DNA from: Naegleria gruberi | Taxonomy: Eukaryota | Length of the DNA stretch: 64,000 bases | Strand: one strand, 5' to 3' | NCBI GenBank assembly: GCA_000004985.1 | Contig: GG738903.1 | Part shown: positions 29,003 to 38,308 of the stretch, piece after piece | How positions within the stretch are numbered: position 1 is the stretch's first letter | Layout of the letters: each line of letters opens with the position of its first letter | Program-made: the position numbers and the translations under genes | The notes under the pieces: generated by a model | The model's input: the letters and a program-made list of their open reading frames with translations, nothing else | What the model was told of the DNA's origin: nothing | The model's database searches: none

Positions 29003-29809
29003 ATGGGAAGTGCTTGTTCTTCGACCTCTAATGTTGCCGAAAAGGAAAAAGTTGAGGATGAACCAAAGACTCACAGAAGTACTAAGAAGGAATCATTCAA
29101 GAAGGAGCCACCAAAGGAACAAAAAGATCATGATGATAACAAATCAACAACCTCATCAAAATCGAGTAAATCAGGAAAACATAAACCAGCTAAGGTAGAG
29201 GAACAGGCAAAAGAAGTGCAAGCTGAAGAGGAAACTACATCGGAGAAAAAACAAGAAGAAACAAGTGAATGTGGATCGAATTCACCTCCAAAAATTGAGG
29301 AAAAGGCAGAAATTGAAGAGGAAGCTGAAGAAATTGAAAACAAGGAAGAAGAAGATAAGGAGGAAAGTGAAGAGGAAGCCGAAGAAGTAGACAATAAGGA
29401 GGAAGAAAATAAGGAAGAAGAGGCAAATGAGGAAGTAGAAGAGGAAGCTGAAGAAGTAGAAAACAAGGAGGAAGAAAATATGGAAGAAAATGAAGAAGAA
29501 TCATCTGAAAAGGTAGAAGAAGATTTGGAAAAGTTACAGGAAGATATTGAAAAGGTTGAGCAGGCTCTCGAAGAAGCTGAAGAACAACTTGATGAGCTTG
29601 AAAAGGAAGAAGAAAACCAAGAAGAAGCCAATGAAGAAGCAGAAGAACAACAGGAAGAAGAGCAGGAAGAGAAGGCAGCTCTCGATGAAGAGGAAGGAGA
29701 TGTAATGCAACCAGAAGATGACAATATTCAAGGTCTTGACAACCAAGAAGATGAACAAGCCGAAGCTGAACCAGAAGCAGAAGTTCAGGGTGGAGGTGAC
29801 GATGAATAA
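29003..29809 (+). CDS. Acidic Glu/Lys-rich protein with an N-terminal dual-acylation motif (MGSACSS: myristoyl-Gly2, palmitoyl-Cys5)
   Basis: 268 aa, more than 40% Glu. Tandem EEEAEEVENKEEEN-like units from GAA/GAG-rich DNA. Starts MGSACSSTSN at a true ATG. Confidence 0.55.
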   Translation: MGSACSSTSNVAEKEKVEDEPKTHRSTKKESFKKEPPKEQKDHDDNKSTTSSKSSKSGKHKPAKVEEQAKEVQAEEETTSEKKQEETSECGSNSPPKIEEKAEIEEEAEEIENKEEEDKEESEEEAEEVDNKEEENKEEEANEEVEEEAEEVENKEEENMEENEEESSEKVEEDLEKLQEDIEKVEQALEEAEEQLDELEKEEENQEEANEEAEEQQEEEQEEKAALDEEEGDVMQPEDDNIQGLDNQEDEQAEAEPEAEVQGGGDDE

Positions 29810-30397
29810 TCAATAGTAAAATTGTACATTAAAAACTTTAAGCAAAACAGATTACTGAATCTCAGATAGCATAGTGATGTAGTCCGTCATGAGTTGGTGA
29901 CACGCCGGTCTCCTCGGTTAATAATTAATGTGTAAATAAAGTTTTCCATCATATGAAACAGTATTAATGAAACCAAAAGTTTCACTTTGCCGAATGTGTT
30001 TTCAAAACAGTAAATCTTGTTAATTAATTTTTGTTCTTTTTTATTGTGGTTAGAATTTTTTATTGTTAAATCAAAAACTGCAGCAAGAAACAACTCCCTA
30101 AAAACTGTTACTAGTTTTAATCCCTTACGGATTTAATTAATTTCAAATAATCAGTTTGAAGCATTAATACTCAATTTTCTTAAGTAAAATACAGAGTATC
30201 TTCTCCTATAGTCAGAAATACAACTTTTGTGGTTGTGGTTCGGTAAATTCATTTATAAACAATGAAATGTTTTCCACAGTTAATATTCTAATTGAATTTT
30301 TTATTTACAATTAGTTCTTAATTTGGTAACCGACTTTACTATTACAATTGTATATTATTTTACATTATTTTAAAAAATTAATTTCACAAAAAAAAAT

Positions 30398-31354
30398 TTA
30401 AAGCTCATCAAAACTTTCCAATTCCTCCGTTTCAGTGTGTTCATCCTCCGTTGTTGATAAATTATCTTCAAATTGAGCAACTTGTTGTTTCAATTGTTGA
30501 ATTTCCAAATCTCTTTCAATAAGATCCTTATAGAGAGATGAGATAATCTTATTGTACTTGTTCATTTGTTCTTGAATGCTTTGTACCTTTCTCTCAGTCT
30601 TTGCCTTTTCCTTCTTTTTCTTCTTCTTTTCTTCCACTGAAAAGAGAGCTTTAAGTTTTCTAGGAGAGGCCATTGGTTCACTCCATGTGTCATTGTCAAA
30701 TTCTGATGAATTTCTATGATTGGAATTTGGAATTGGAATGAATAATTTGGATCTTTCTGTTTGTTGAGGAGTGACGTGAATAGGAGAATGATCATTCGAT
30801 GGACTAACTGGAGACATGGATTCACAGGTTGAAATCTCCTCTGAGGAGGTGGTGATCGTGGGAGGGAAGGAATGCTCTCTAGTGAGAGAGCTAGTGTTTG
30901 GAGAGGGAGTTTTCGATTGATTGGTCGAGTGAACATTTAACAGAGCTCCTGCTGATTTGGTAACAATTGGTTTGGAGAAGACCTCTGGGAAATCATTTGG
31001 ATTTCTCTTTTGAATTCTGTCAATGAGAAACATTTCATAATCGTCCGAATCTTCCACATATTGGTCGAATAGAATTTTCAATTGTTTGATGAGCTCGGCC
31101 TGTAATGGCTCGAAAATTTGCATAAAATCTTCACTCGTTAATCCATATTGTCGTCCACTTTCATTCTGAACTTGAAAAGATTCGTATAATTGTTTCACTT
31201 CATCCTCCTTCAATGATTTAAATCGAAACGTCATTGAATTTCCTCTCTTTCTCTTTACAATCGGTTCCTCAACCTTTAACTGATTCATAAACGATTGTTC
31301 ATCCTTATTAGATGTAGTAGATGCAGATGGTGAAGAATTCTTATTCGGTCTCAT
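30398..31354 (-). CDS. Hypothetical protein with a C-terminal coiled-coil/leucine-zipper-like region
   Basis: 318 aa, true ATG. Ser/Thr/Pro-rich middle, Lys-rich KKKKKKEKAK tract, heptad-like IISSLYKDLIERDLEIQQLKQQVAQFED. No family recognised. Confidence 0.4.
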   Translation of the reverse strand: MRPNKNSSPSASTTSNKDEQSFMNQLKVEEPIVKRKRGNSMTFRFKSLKEDEVKQLYESFQVQNESGRQYGLTSEDFMQIFEPLQAELIKQLKILFDQYVEDSDDYEMFLIDRIQKRNPNDFPEVFSKPIVTKSAGALLNVHSTNQSKTPSPNTSSLTREHSFPPTITTSSEEISTCESMSPVSPSNDHSPIHVTPQQTERSKLFIPIPNSNHRNSSEFDNDTWSEPMASPRKLKALFSVEEKKKKKKEKAKTERKVQSIQEQMNKYNKIISSLYKDLIERDLEIQQLKQQVAQFEDNLSTTEDEHTETEELESFDEL

Positions 31355-31409
31355 TGAAAATCGTTTAAAAAAATGTGAAATACTACTCGTCTTTTCATGA
31401 GAAACTTTC

Positions 31410-32060
31410 TCATTCGAATTCGACTTCTGGAATTGCTGCTGCCGCTGCTGGTGCTTGCTCTTCCACCACAGTTTCCAATTTCACACTCGTAAATATAGCA
31501 TTCCACAATTCTGTCCACTCTTTCATTCGAATAAAATTCTCAAATTTTTCACAAATTTTTCGTTGCATTTCTCTTGATATTCCTAATAAGGAATGTGCAC
31601 TCGAAGACAAAACAGTATCAATATTATCGGAGTGTTTAACATCCACAACACTGACAAGATACTTTCTTATAATTCTGTCATATATTCTAATAAGTGAAAT
31701 TATTTGATTGCTTTCAAATGTCAATTTATATTTGACATTCTCCAATTCTGTCAGACAACTCAATAATCCTCTTCTATTCTTCTTAAACAGAAACTGTTCG
31801 AAAAATTCTCGATTTTCAATATTTGTTCTTTGTTTTACCATTTCGGAATTTTTAATTTCATCGCTGCCACTTGTCGAAATGATATTAATATTTAATCCAG
31901 CATAAATAACCCCAGCAAAAGAAAAGCAATCTTTATGAAATGGTTTTTTCTGACTATAGTGTGGAATTTGAAACGAACTGCCACATGTCAAAGTTGGTGC
32001 TGATGGTGGTGGTTTCAATGTCAAGGTTGGAATCATCACCGGTTGATTATTAGCTTTCAT
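31410..32060 (-). CDS. Hypothetical protein, 216 aa
   Basis: True ATG start, complex composition, poly-Ala tract near the C-terminus. No domain recognised. Confidence 0.35.
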   Translation of the reverse strand: MKANNQPVMIPTLTLKPPPSAPTLTCGSSFQIPHYSQKKPFHKDCFSFAGVIYAGLNINIISTSGSDEIKNSEMVKQRTNIENREFFEQFLFKKNRRGLLSCLTELENVKYKLTFESNQIISLIRIYDRIIRKYLVSVVDVKHSDNIDTVLSSSAHSLLGISREMQRKICEKFENFIRMKEWTELWNAIFTSVKLETVVEEQAPAAAAAIPEVEFE

Positions 32061-32510
32061 GATGATTCAACCTGCAAGTTATGAAATTTTTTTTTGATGA
32101 TGGTTGAAAATTGTCAAATTTCTGCCGTCAACCAAAAAACCGACCGACATGCAAAAGTGCGAACTAACAAATTTGTACAAATTGAGGTTGGTTAGGGTTT
32201 TGAATTGTGTTGACCTTGAAAATTTAAGGGTGTGTGATTTTACTGTTACATCGCAAGGTGTTGGAAAATCTTTTTAATTTTTCAAATTGGAAAGGAGAAA
32301 CTGTTAAAACTAAAGCTGAATAAGTTGAGCGAGTTCTAATCTTGGAATGAGATGCTTTTAACCAATACTTTGTAATCATGATTTTTTCATGCAATTATTT
32401 CTTACAATCAAAAGTTTCATTCCTATAAGGAAGTACTAAGGAAGACCTGAAACTTTTCAATAATAAAACAATTTCCAAAAAGTAAACTAACTGGGTTTAA
32501 AAATAAATAA

Positions 32511-35390
32511 TTATTTAAATATTTGTACACGATGATTGTGATAATCTACTACAACGAGATGACCTTCACTTGTGATTGAAACTCCATTAGGTCCATCGAA
32601 TTGTCCATCTTCAGAACCATAACATCCAAATTGTTTGATAATTACACCCTCTCTCAAGTTCCAAATTTGAATTCTATTGTTTGCATAATCGCAAATGGCT
32701 GCAAAATTGAGACCAATATTTTTCTTCAAACAACAAATACCAGTTGGGTCACATTCAGAATTTTCTTGTTTCTTGACAGAGAATTTTCTAACAAAGGTAC
32801 CATCCAATGTAAAAACTTGGACTCTACAATTGTATCTATCAGTGATTACCAAATTACCATCAATGTCAATATCCAAACTGTTAGGTCCATAGAAATAACC
32901 TCCTTCCATTTCTGGATTAGTACCATTAGTTCCAAAAGATTTGAGGAATGAGCCATACTTGTCAAACATTTGAATTCTGTGATTATGATGGTCACATACA
33001 ATAATTTTACCAGGTATTTGAGACTTGGTCTCTGAAACAATAATACCAGTTGGATAACTGAAATGACCATACTCTGCTCCCTTTGAACCAAACTTTCCAA
33101 CCTCAGTTCCAGACTTATCAAAGGCATACACACAATGATCATCACTAGTAACAAGGATTACACCCTCCTTGGCATCAAAAGTGACACCGTATGGTTTAGG
33201 GACTGAGAACTTTCTCAAAAACTTTCCTTGCTTGTCGAATATTTGAACACGATTGTTCTCATTATCACAAATTATGATATTATCACTCGGATCTATGGCG
33301 ATATCGGTTGGGCTGGAAAATTGACCGTCTTCTGTTCCTTTTCCACCAAAACCTAAAACGAATTTACCCTCAATTTTACATTTGATTTCTTGGGTAGGTA
33401 TTACAGGAGTGTTTGGACTACTGTGAACGGATGGAGAGCTTGTACAGCTTGAGGATGATACATTACTATTAGCATTGGATGAAGGAGCATTCTTTGGACC
33501 AATGGCACCAAGTTTGTCTATTGATTCCATGAGTTCTTTCATCGAATCAAAATTTACACAAACATCCAAAGTATCAGACAAGTAACTTCTATCAATCTTT
33601 CTTAAATTTTCTTGGAATTGTTGAACAAGTACAGGAATGAGTAAACTCTTCTTGGTCTTGGATTGAATAAATTCAGCCAAGTCCATCTTGGAAAGATTTT
33701 CCATAAAACCGTCTGTCAAAAACTTAATTTGAGATAATTGTTGCATTCCACTGTTCAAAATCTTTTCACAAATTTCATCTTCACAACAAATTTTCCACTT
33801 TTCTGTCAATTCCTTTCTCTTTTGAGCCAACCTCTTTTCCAAGATATCAAAATTTTCATTGATCGACTTGACGCCATCTTCATAAGTGTGAGATATTGTT
33901 CCCTTGTCACGAGCTAATTTTTCCATTTTTTCTGAAATGTTTTGTTGCATTTGGAAAATTTGGTTTTTAAGCTCTTGTTTTTCTTTTTGATAAACTTCTT
34001 CAACTAGGTCACAGTCATGTCCCTTGTGCTTTGAAATGGCACAGATAGCACAAATCAATTCATCTCCACAAGTATGACACCAAGTGTTCAACTTTTGGTC
34101 TTTGTGGGTTTCACAACAATCAGTCAATGGTCTTAAATTATGGTGGTTAGTACTGACACTTGTTGGGGAAGTAACAGTTTTGTCCACATTTGATGATACT
34201 GATGATGAATTAGAAACAGTGCCACTAGTATTAGAAACAGTGCTACTAACAGACAAGGAAGCAGACAAAGTAGAAGCAATGGATGAAATTGCCGAACCGA
34301 TCGAATTGGCGAATCCTGATGATGTAGTCGGAGTGGAAGCTACACTTCCAGTTGGTGTTGAAGTGTTGCTACTCATTGATACTGTAGCTACTGATGGTTT
34401 GTTTGTTGTTGTTGCACTTGTATTGGTAACAGGGATAAGACCAACAGGTGTTCCGTTTGAGAATTTTCTTTTTGATTGTGGAGATCCAGGTGTAGCTTGG
34501 ACAGATGAATTATTGGCTGTGGTTGGAGAACCTTGTGGTTGTGGCTCCTTCTTTGGGATGTGAAGTCGAGGAGAGGTGTTAGATGGACTTTGGTGTTGTT
34601 GTTGCTGCTGTTGTTGTTCCATAATTTGGTGCATGGCTGATCCGAGCATAATAGGAGAGGATGAAAGAAGGGCAGCTGCACTAATATTCGAAGTTGAAGT
34701 TCCATGAACTGGAGTCATGGATGATGGAGTACTGGTAGAGTTGATTCCTTGTGATTGAACTGAAGATGGTAGCGTCTTGATATTAATTGGTGTCAAGTTG
34801 AGAATATCACTCTCCTTGCTGGATGGACTCATCATGATATTATTATTATTCATTGTTATTCCTTTTGATGGACTTCCAATAATTGCAACTCCACTATTGA
34901 AATTGTTAATTGGAGTATTATTTGATGATTGTGTTGTTATTGTTGAAGAGGATGATGAAGATGGAGAGTTTCTTGTTGGTGTTGCACTTGAAGGTGATTG
35001 ATATTGTTGAGTGGGAGAACGAACGCTTCCATTGGTTGGAGTGGTTGTTGGAGTTGAGTGATCAATCACTGTTGGTGAATTATTGGTAGGACTCTTCATA
35101 TTATGTGCTGGAGGTGGACTAGATGAAAACAGATGAAGCGCCTGAGGTCTTCTTTCATCCAAAATACATTCTTCACTCTCATCGACTTGTTTTACATTAT
35201 CAATAATAACTTCTTCTAACATTGGAGATTGTGGTTCAATATCTATTGATCTATTGTTGGAGGAGGAGGTAGAAGAACTGTGGGTATGATGTTGAAAATC
35301 ATCAGAATCATCAAAGTGAAACAATTCTTCTTCTACAATAGTTTCCGAATATCCTGTATGTTGTTGAAAATCATCAGCCTGATCAGACAT
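32511..35390 (-). CDS. B-box / coiled-coil / NHL-repeat protein (TRIM-NHL architecture without a RING finger; Brat/NCL-1-like) with a ~400-aa Ser/Thr/Asn/Gln-rich N-terminal region
   Basis: 959 aa. B-box-type zinc finger CETHKDQKLNTWCHTCGDELICAICAISKHKGHDC. ~150-aa coiled coil. Six NHL repeats (…GQFSSPTDIAIDPSDNIIICDNENNRVQIFDKQGKF…). No C3HC4 RING pattern upstream. Homopolymeric Q, N and S runs. Confidence 0.75.
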   Translation of the reverse strand: MSDQADDFQQHTGYSETIVEEELFHFDDSDDFQHHTHSSSTSSSNNRSIDIEPQSPMLEEVIIDNVKQVDESEECILDERRPQALHLFSSSPPPAHNMKSPTNNSPTVIDHSTPTTTPTNGSVRSPTQQYQSPSSATPTRNSPSSSSSSTITTQSSNNTPINNFNSGVAIIGSPSKGITMNNNNIMMSPSSKESDILNLTPINIKTLPSSVQSQGINSTSTPSSMTPVHGTSTSNISAAALLSSSPIMLGSAMHQIMEQQQQQQQHQSPSNTSPRLHIPKKEPQPQGSPTTANNSSVQATPGSPQSKRKFSNGTPVGLIPVTNTSATTTNKPSVATVSMSSNTSTPTGSVASTPTTSSGFANSIGSAISSIASTLSASLSVSSTVSNTSGTVSNSSSVSSNVDKTVTSPTSVSTNHHNLRPLTDCCETHKDQKLNTWCHTCGDELICAICAISKHKGHDCDLVEEVYQKEKQELKNQIFQMQQNISEKMEKLARDKGTISHTYEDGVKSINENFDILEKRLAQKRKELTEKWKICCEDEICEKILNSGMQQLSQIKFLTDGFMENLSKMDLAEFIQSKTKKSLLIPVLVQQFQENLRKIDRSYLSDTLDVCVNFDSMKELMESIDKLGAIGPKNAPSSNANSNVSSSSCTSSPSVHSSPNTPVIPTQEIKCKIEGKFVLGFGGKGTEDGQFSSPTDIAIDPSDNIIICDNENNRVQIFDKQGKFLRKFSVPKPYGVTFDAKEGVILVTSDDHCVYAFDKSGTEVGKFGSKGAEYGHFSYPTGIIVSETKSQIPGKIIVCDHHNHRIQMFDKYGSFLKSFGTNGTNPEMEGGYFYGPNSLDIDIDGNLVITDRYNCRVQVFTLDGTFVRKFSVKKQENSECDPTGICCLKKNIGLNFAAICDYANNRIQIWNLREGVIIKQFGCYGSEDGQFDGPNGVSITSEGHLVVVDYHNHRVQIFK

Positions 35391-36087
35391 TTCTCGAAAG
35401 TTTAATAAATTATATTTGTAAAATTATTGTTGTTGTTGTTGATTCTCTCTTATAAGAGTTTGATAAATAAATAAATATTGAATGATCACGTTTGTTCTTG
35501 ATTATACTATTGTATTATTATTATAATATTCGTTTTTTTTATCTTCGGAGATTTTAAATATGATATTATTATTGTTACTATTATTGTTGTTGTTGTAGTT
35601 GAGCAGCTATAACGGTTGCTGTTATTTGATGATGATAATATTATGTATTCTTCAAGAGTTTCAAAAAGCGAGCAAATTAATGACAACTTTAAAATCTTAC
35701 GAAAAATGGGGAACGTGTAGTGTAGAGATAATTTTTTGAAAATGGATGAGGAACTTCTATGCTTGTTATCTTATTAACAAATGTGAAATGTCAACCAAAT
35801 ATCTTGTAATTATCACTACAATACAATAATTTCCATGTTTGTGCACTAACTTTTGATGCGTTTTCATTCAAATTCATAAAATTTTGCAATGGACAAGTGT
35901 TCGATTCCTTAACTTGCACCAGCTCATTTTCTTTAAGAAAGGCACTAGGTACAGAACCAAGGTCTATTATTTTCTAATGTTTCTTATTGACATCCTAAAA
36001 CAATCCTGCTCGTACGTTTTAATTTCCCTCAACACTTACAAACTGCGTGCGCACCAATTTTTCTTTTCGGTAATTTAAAAACTTTTT

Positions 36088-37110
36088 CAAATCTCTCAAA
36101 TAATTTCAAAAAAAAACAAAACAAACAACATCTCTCTCATAGCTAATCATCTCTACAAATTTATCAAGAAACAAAATGGCTACTAAACAAGCACTGTGTG
36201 TTGGAGGTACATCAGGTATCGGAAGAGCATTGGCAATTAAATTTGCCTCTCAAAAATTCAATGTTTCAATCATGGGAAGAAGTGAAGAAGCAGGAAAGGA
36301 AATTATTGAAGAAATGAAAAAATTGAATCCAGAAGGAAAGTTTGAAATGATTAAAGTGGATGCCTCTCTCATGAAGGATATTGAAAAAGTGTGTGAGGAA
36401 TATAAACAAAATCATGATCGATTGGATTATTGTGTTCTTTCACAGGGAATTGCAAGTATGAATGGAAGAACAGAAACAAAGGAAGGAATTGATGTAAAAT
36501 TGGCACTTCATTATTATGGAAGAGTTATGTTTGTGAGACAATTGCAAGATTTATTGAGATTGACATCAAAAAATTCAGATGTGAGAGTCTTGACAGTTTT
36601 ATCAGCTGGTGTTCATTCACCTTACACCAAATTGGATGATTTGGATTTGAAACATAACTTTACATTGAAGAATGCAGCAGATGCAGCTGGATTTTACAAT
36701 GATCTCGCCATGGATCAATTATCCAAAGAGGAAGGCAATCAAAATATTGCATTCATTCATCAAGCTCCTGGAATTGTGGCTACTCAATGGGGTCGTGATT
36801 TTCCAACTGTTTTGAGATGGGCATGTGAAGTTGTCAAGGTAGTGGCTGCTAAATCTCCTGAGAAATATGCTGAATATACTTATAATGCATTGAGTTCAGA
36901 TTCTACACGAAAGGGCTTCCATTTATTGAATCAATACGGAGAGCCAGCAAGTGTGACAAAGAGTCATACTGATAATATCAGAGAAACAGTTTGGAAACAC
37001 ACTGTAGAATTGTTAAATAAGGCCCTTGGAAAATAATCATTTAAAAACTAATAATTTGTAAATAATAAACTAAAACTAAATTAATTTCCTAATTTCATTT
37101 GGATAGCTCT
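36088..37110. repeat. Copy B of the ~1.1-kb inverted segmental duplication carrying the SDR gene
   Basis: See copy A (23440..24459). Shared proximal promoter …AAATCTCTCAAATAATTTCAAAAAAAAACAAAACAA…ATCATCTCTACAAATTTATCA(A)GAAACAAAATG. Shared 3' UTR TTAAATAAGGCCCTTGGAAAATA(G/A)TCATTTAAAAACTAATAATTTGTAAATAATAA…. Confidence 0.8.
36176..37036 (+). CDS. Short-chain dehydrogenase/reductase, inverted paralog B of 23530..24387
   Basis: 286 aa. Residues 1-205 are identical to copy A (MATKQALCVGGTSGIGRALAIKFASQKF…FIHQAPG). The C-terminal ~80 residues are ~70% identical (IVATQWGRDFPTVLRWACEVVKVV… versus FIATQWGREMPAVVRWTTRFFQNF…). Confidence 0.75.
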   Translation: MATKQALCVGGTSGIGRALAIKFASQKFNVSIMGRSEEAGKEIIEEMKKLNPEGKFEMIKVDASLMKDIEKVCEEYKQNHDRLDYCVLSQGIASMNGRTETKEGIDVKLALHYYGRVMFVRQLQDLLRLTSKNSDVRVLTVLSAGVHSPYTKLDDLDLKHNFTLKNAADAAGFYNDLAMDQLSKEEGNQNIAFIHQAPGIVATQWGRDFPTVLRWACEVVKVVAAKSPEKYAEYTYNALSSDSTRKGFHLLNQYGEPASVTKSHTDNIRETVWKHTVELLNKALGK

Positions 37111-37169
37111 TCAAATTTTTATAGTATTAATGTCACAAAGCAAAACTTATTTATTGAACTTCAGATCAA

Positions 37170-38051
37170 TTAAAGAGAGTAAACTTCGTAATCTAGAGTG
37201 GTAAATTCACGAGTTGATCCAGTCAAGTAATCCTTTCCCAAATTTGAATAAGTGAATGGATTAGTGAAACTTTTCTTGGTACCTCTAGCAATGAAAATAT
37301 CATGTCCACCTCCAAAAGTTGGATGATCAACAGATCTATGATAAACTGAATAATTGACATATGCAGAATGTGGTCCATCTTGAATCAATTTCTTGAATCT
37401 TTCATCTCTCTTTGGTCCAATTAAACTAAATAAGAAAGCTTTGGAATCTGGGAAGAAATCCAACATTGCTGAACTCCAACTCACTGAAGTATAACCTCCA
37501 AAGATAGCTCCTGAGCTTGCCTTAATAATTGTTACAGTTGGTCCTTGATTATCACATTTTGAATGGAAAGATCTGGCTCTGAATCCATCCTTAGATGCAT
37601 TATAAAGTAATTTCATTGGTCTAGTTTTAACATCTTTCAACAATTCATCAATAAATCTCTTAGATTGATTTGCAGTTAAAAAAGTTGATTTTGACAAATC
37701 TCCAATTAATCCCAAATCCACCTTTGATTCCGTTTTCCTCTTACTTGTTCTCTTTTTAAGAATTTTCAGTTTAACGCTCTTTGATTTTGTTGGGTTGCCA
37801 TCCTTATTAGCATTCAAGGTAACCCGAGGAGCATTTCTATTCCTAACAACAACTGCTTGTTTACGCATCACCTTCTTACCATGTTGGTTTTGTTGTTGTT
37901 TTGATCGTTTTATTAATCTTGCTGTTGCCTTAATAGAAGCCTTGGTAGTTCCCTTAGCTTTCTTCCCCTCAACAGCAGAAACAACAACAACACTCAACAC
38001 GACCAACAGCAACAACAATAACAAGAAGAAAACGCCTCTCCTCATCATCAT
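37170..38051 (-). CDS. TLDc-domain protein with signal peptide and a Lys-rich basic region
   Basis: Signal-like MMMRRGVFFLLLLLLLVVLSVVVVSAVEG. C-terminal LLYNASKDGFRARSFHSKCDNQGPTVTIIKASSGAIFGGYTSVSW… is the TLDc pattern (LLYR.S.DGF…FH..CD..GPT.T.I……FGGYT…W). Confidence 0.6.
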   Translation of the reverse strand: MMMRRGVFFLLLLLLLVVLSVVVVSAVEGKKAKGTTKASIKATARLIKRSKQQQNQHGKKVMRKQAVVVRNRNAPRVTLNANKDGNPTKSKSVKLKILKKRTSKRKTESKVDLGLIGDLSKSTFLTANQSKRFIDELLKDVKTRPMKLLYNASKDGFRARSFHSKCDNQGPTVTIIKASSGAIFGGYTSVSWSSAMLDFFPDSKAFLFSLIGPKRDERFKKLIQDGPHSAYVNYSVYHRSVDHPTFGGGHDIFIARGTKKSFTNPFTYSNLGKDYLTGSTREFTTLDYEVYSL

Positions 38052-38308
38052 ATCGTTTTGCTTTAATTTTTTAATGATGAACTGTAAAGGTGAATGGTAG
38101 CGGACAGTAAAGGAAGAATTTTGTCAATGCACTCTATGGCCAGAGTTGAGATAATAGAATTGAGAGAAAAAGAACAAGTATATGAATTTGTTTAAGGAGC
38201 CTGATTCTCATAGTGATTTTAATTTTATGATTAAAAAACATGTTGTGATGATGAACGCGGGAGATTAGTACGATTTCCTCAAAATTAAAGAAAATTGATG
38301 TAAAAAAA

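Noticed and set aside
29128-29813. Two long minus-strand ORFs (198 and 192 aa) overlapping the acidic-protein gene
   Set aside because: They are the reverse-complement reading of the GAA/GAG repeat (poly-Ser/Leu/Phe low complexity) and overlap a gene with a true ATG and myristoylation motif. Treated as artefacts.
31355-31409. Possible intron joining ORFs 31410..32060 and 30398..31354 into one gene
   Set aside because: The 55-nt spacer lacks a GT donor in a usable position or phase. The downstream ORF has its own ATG right after the spacer. Kept as two genes.
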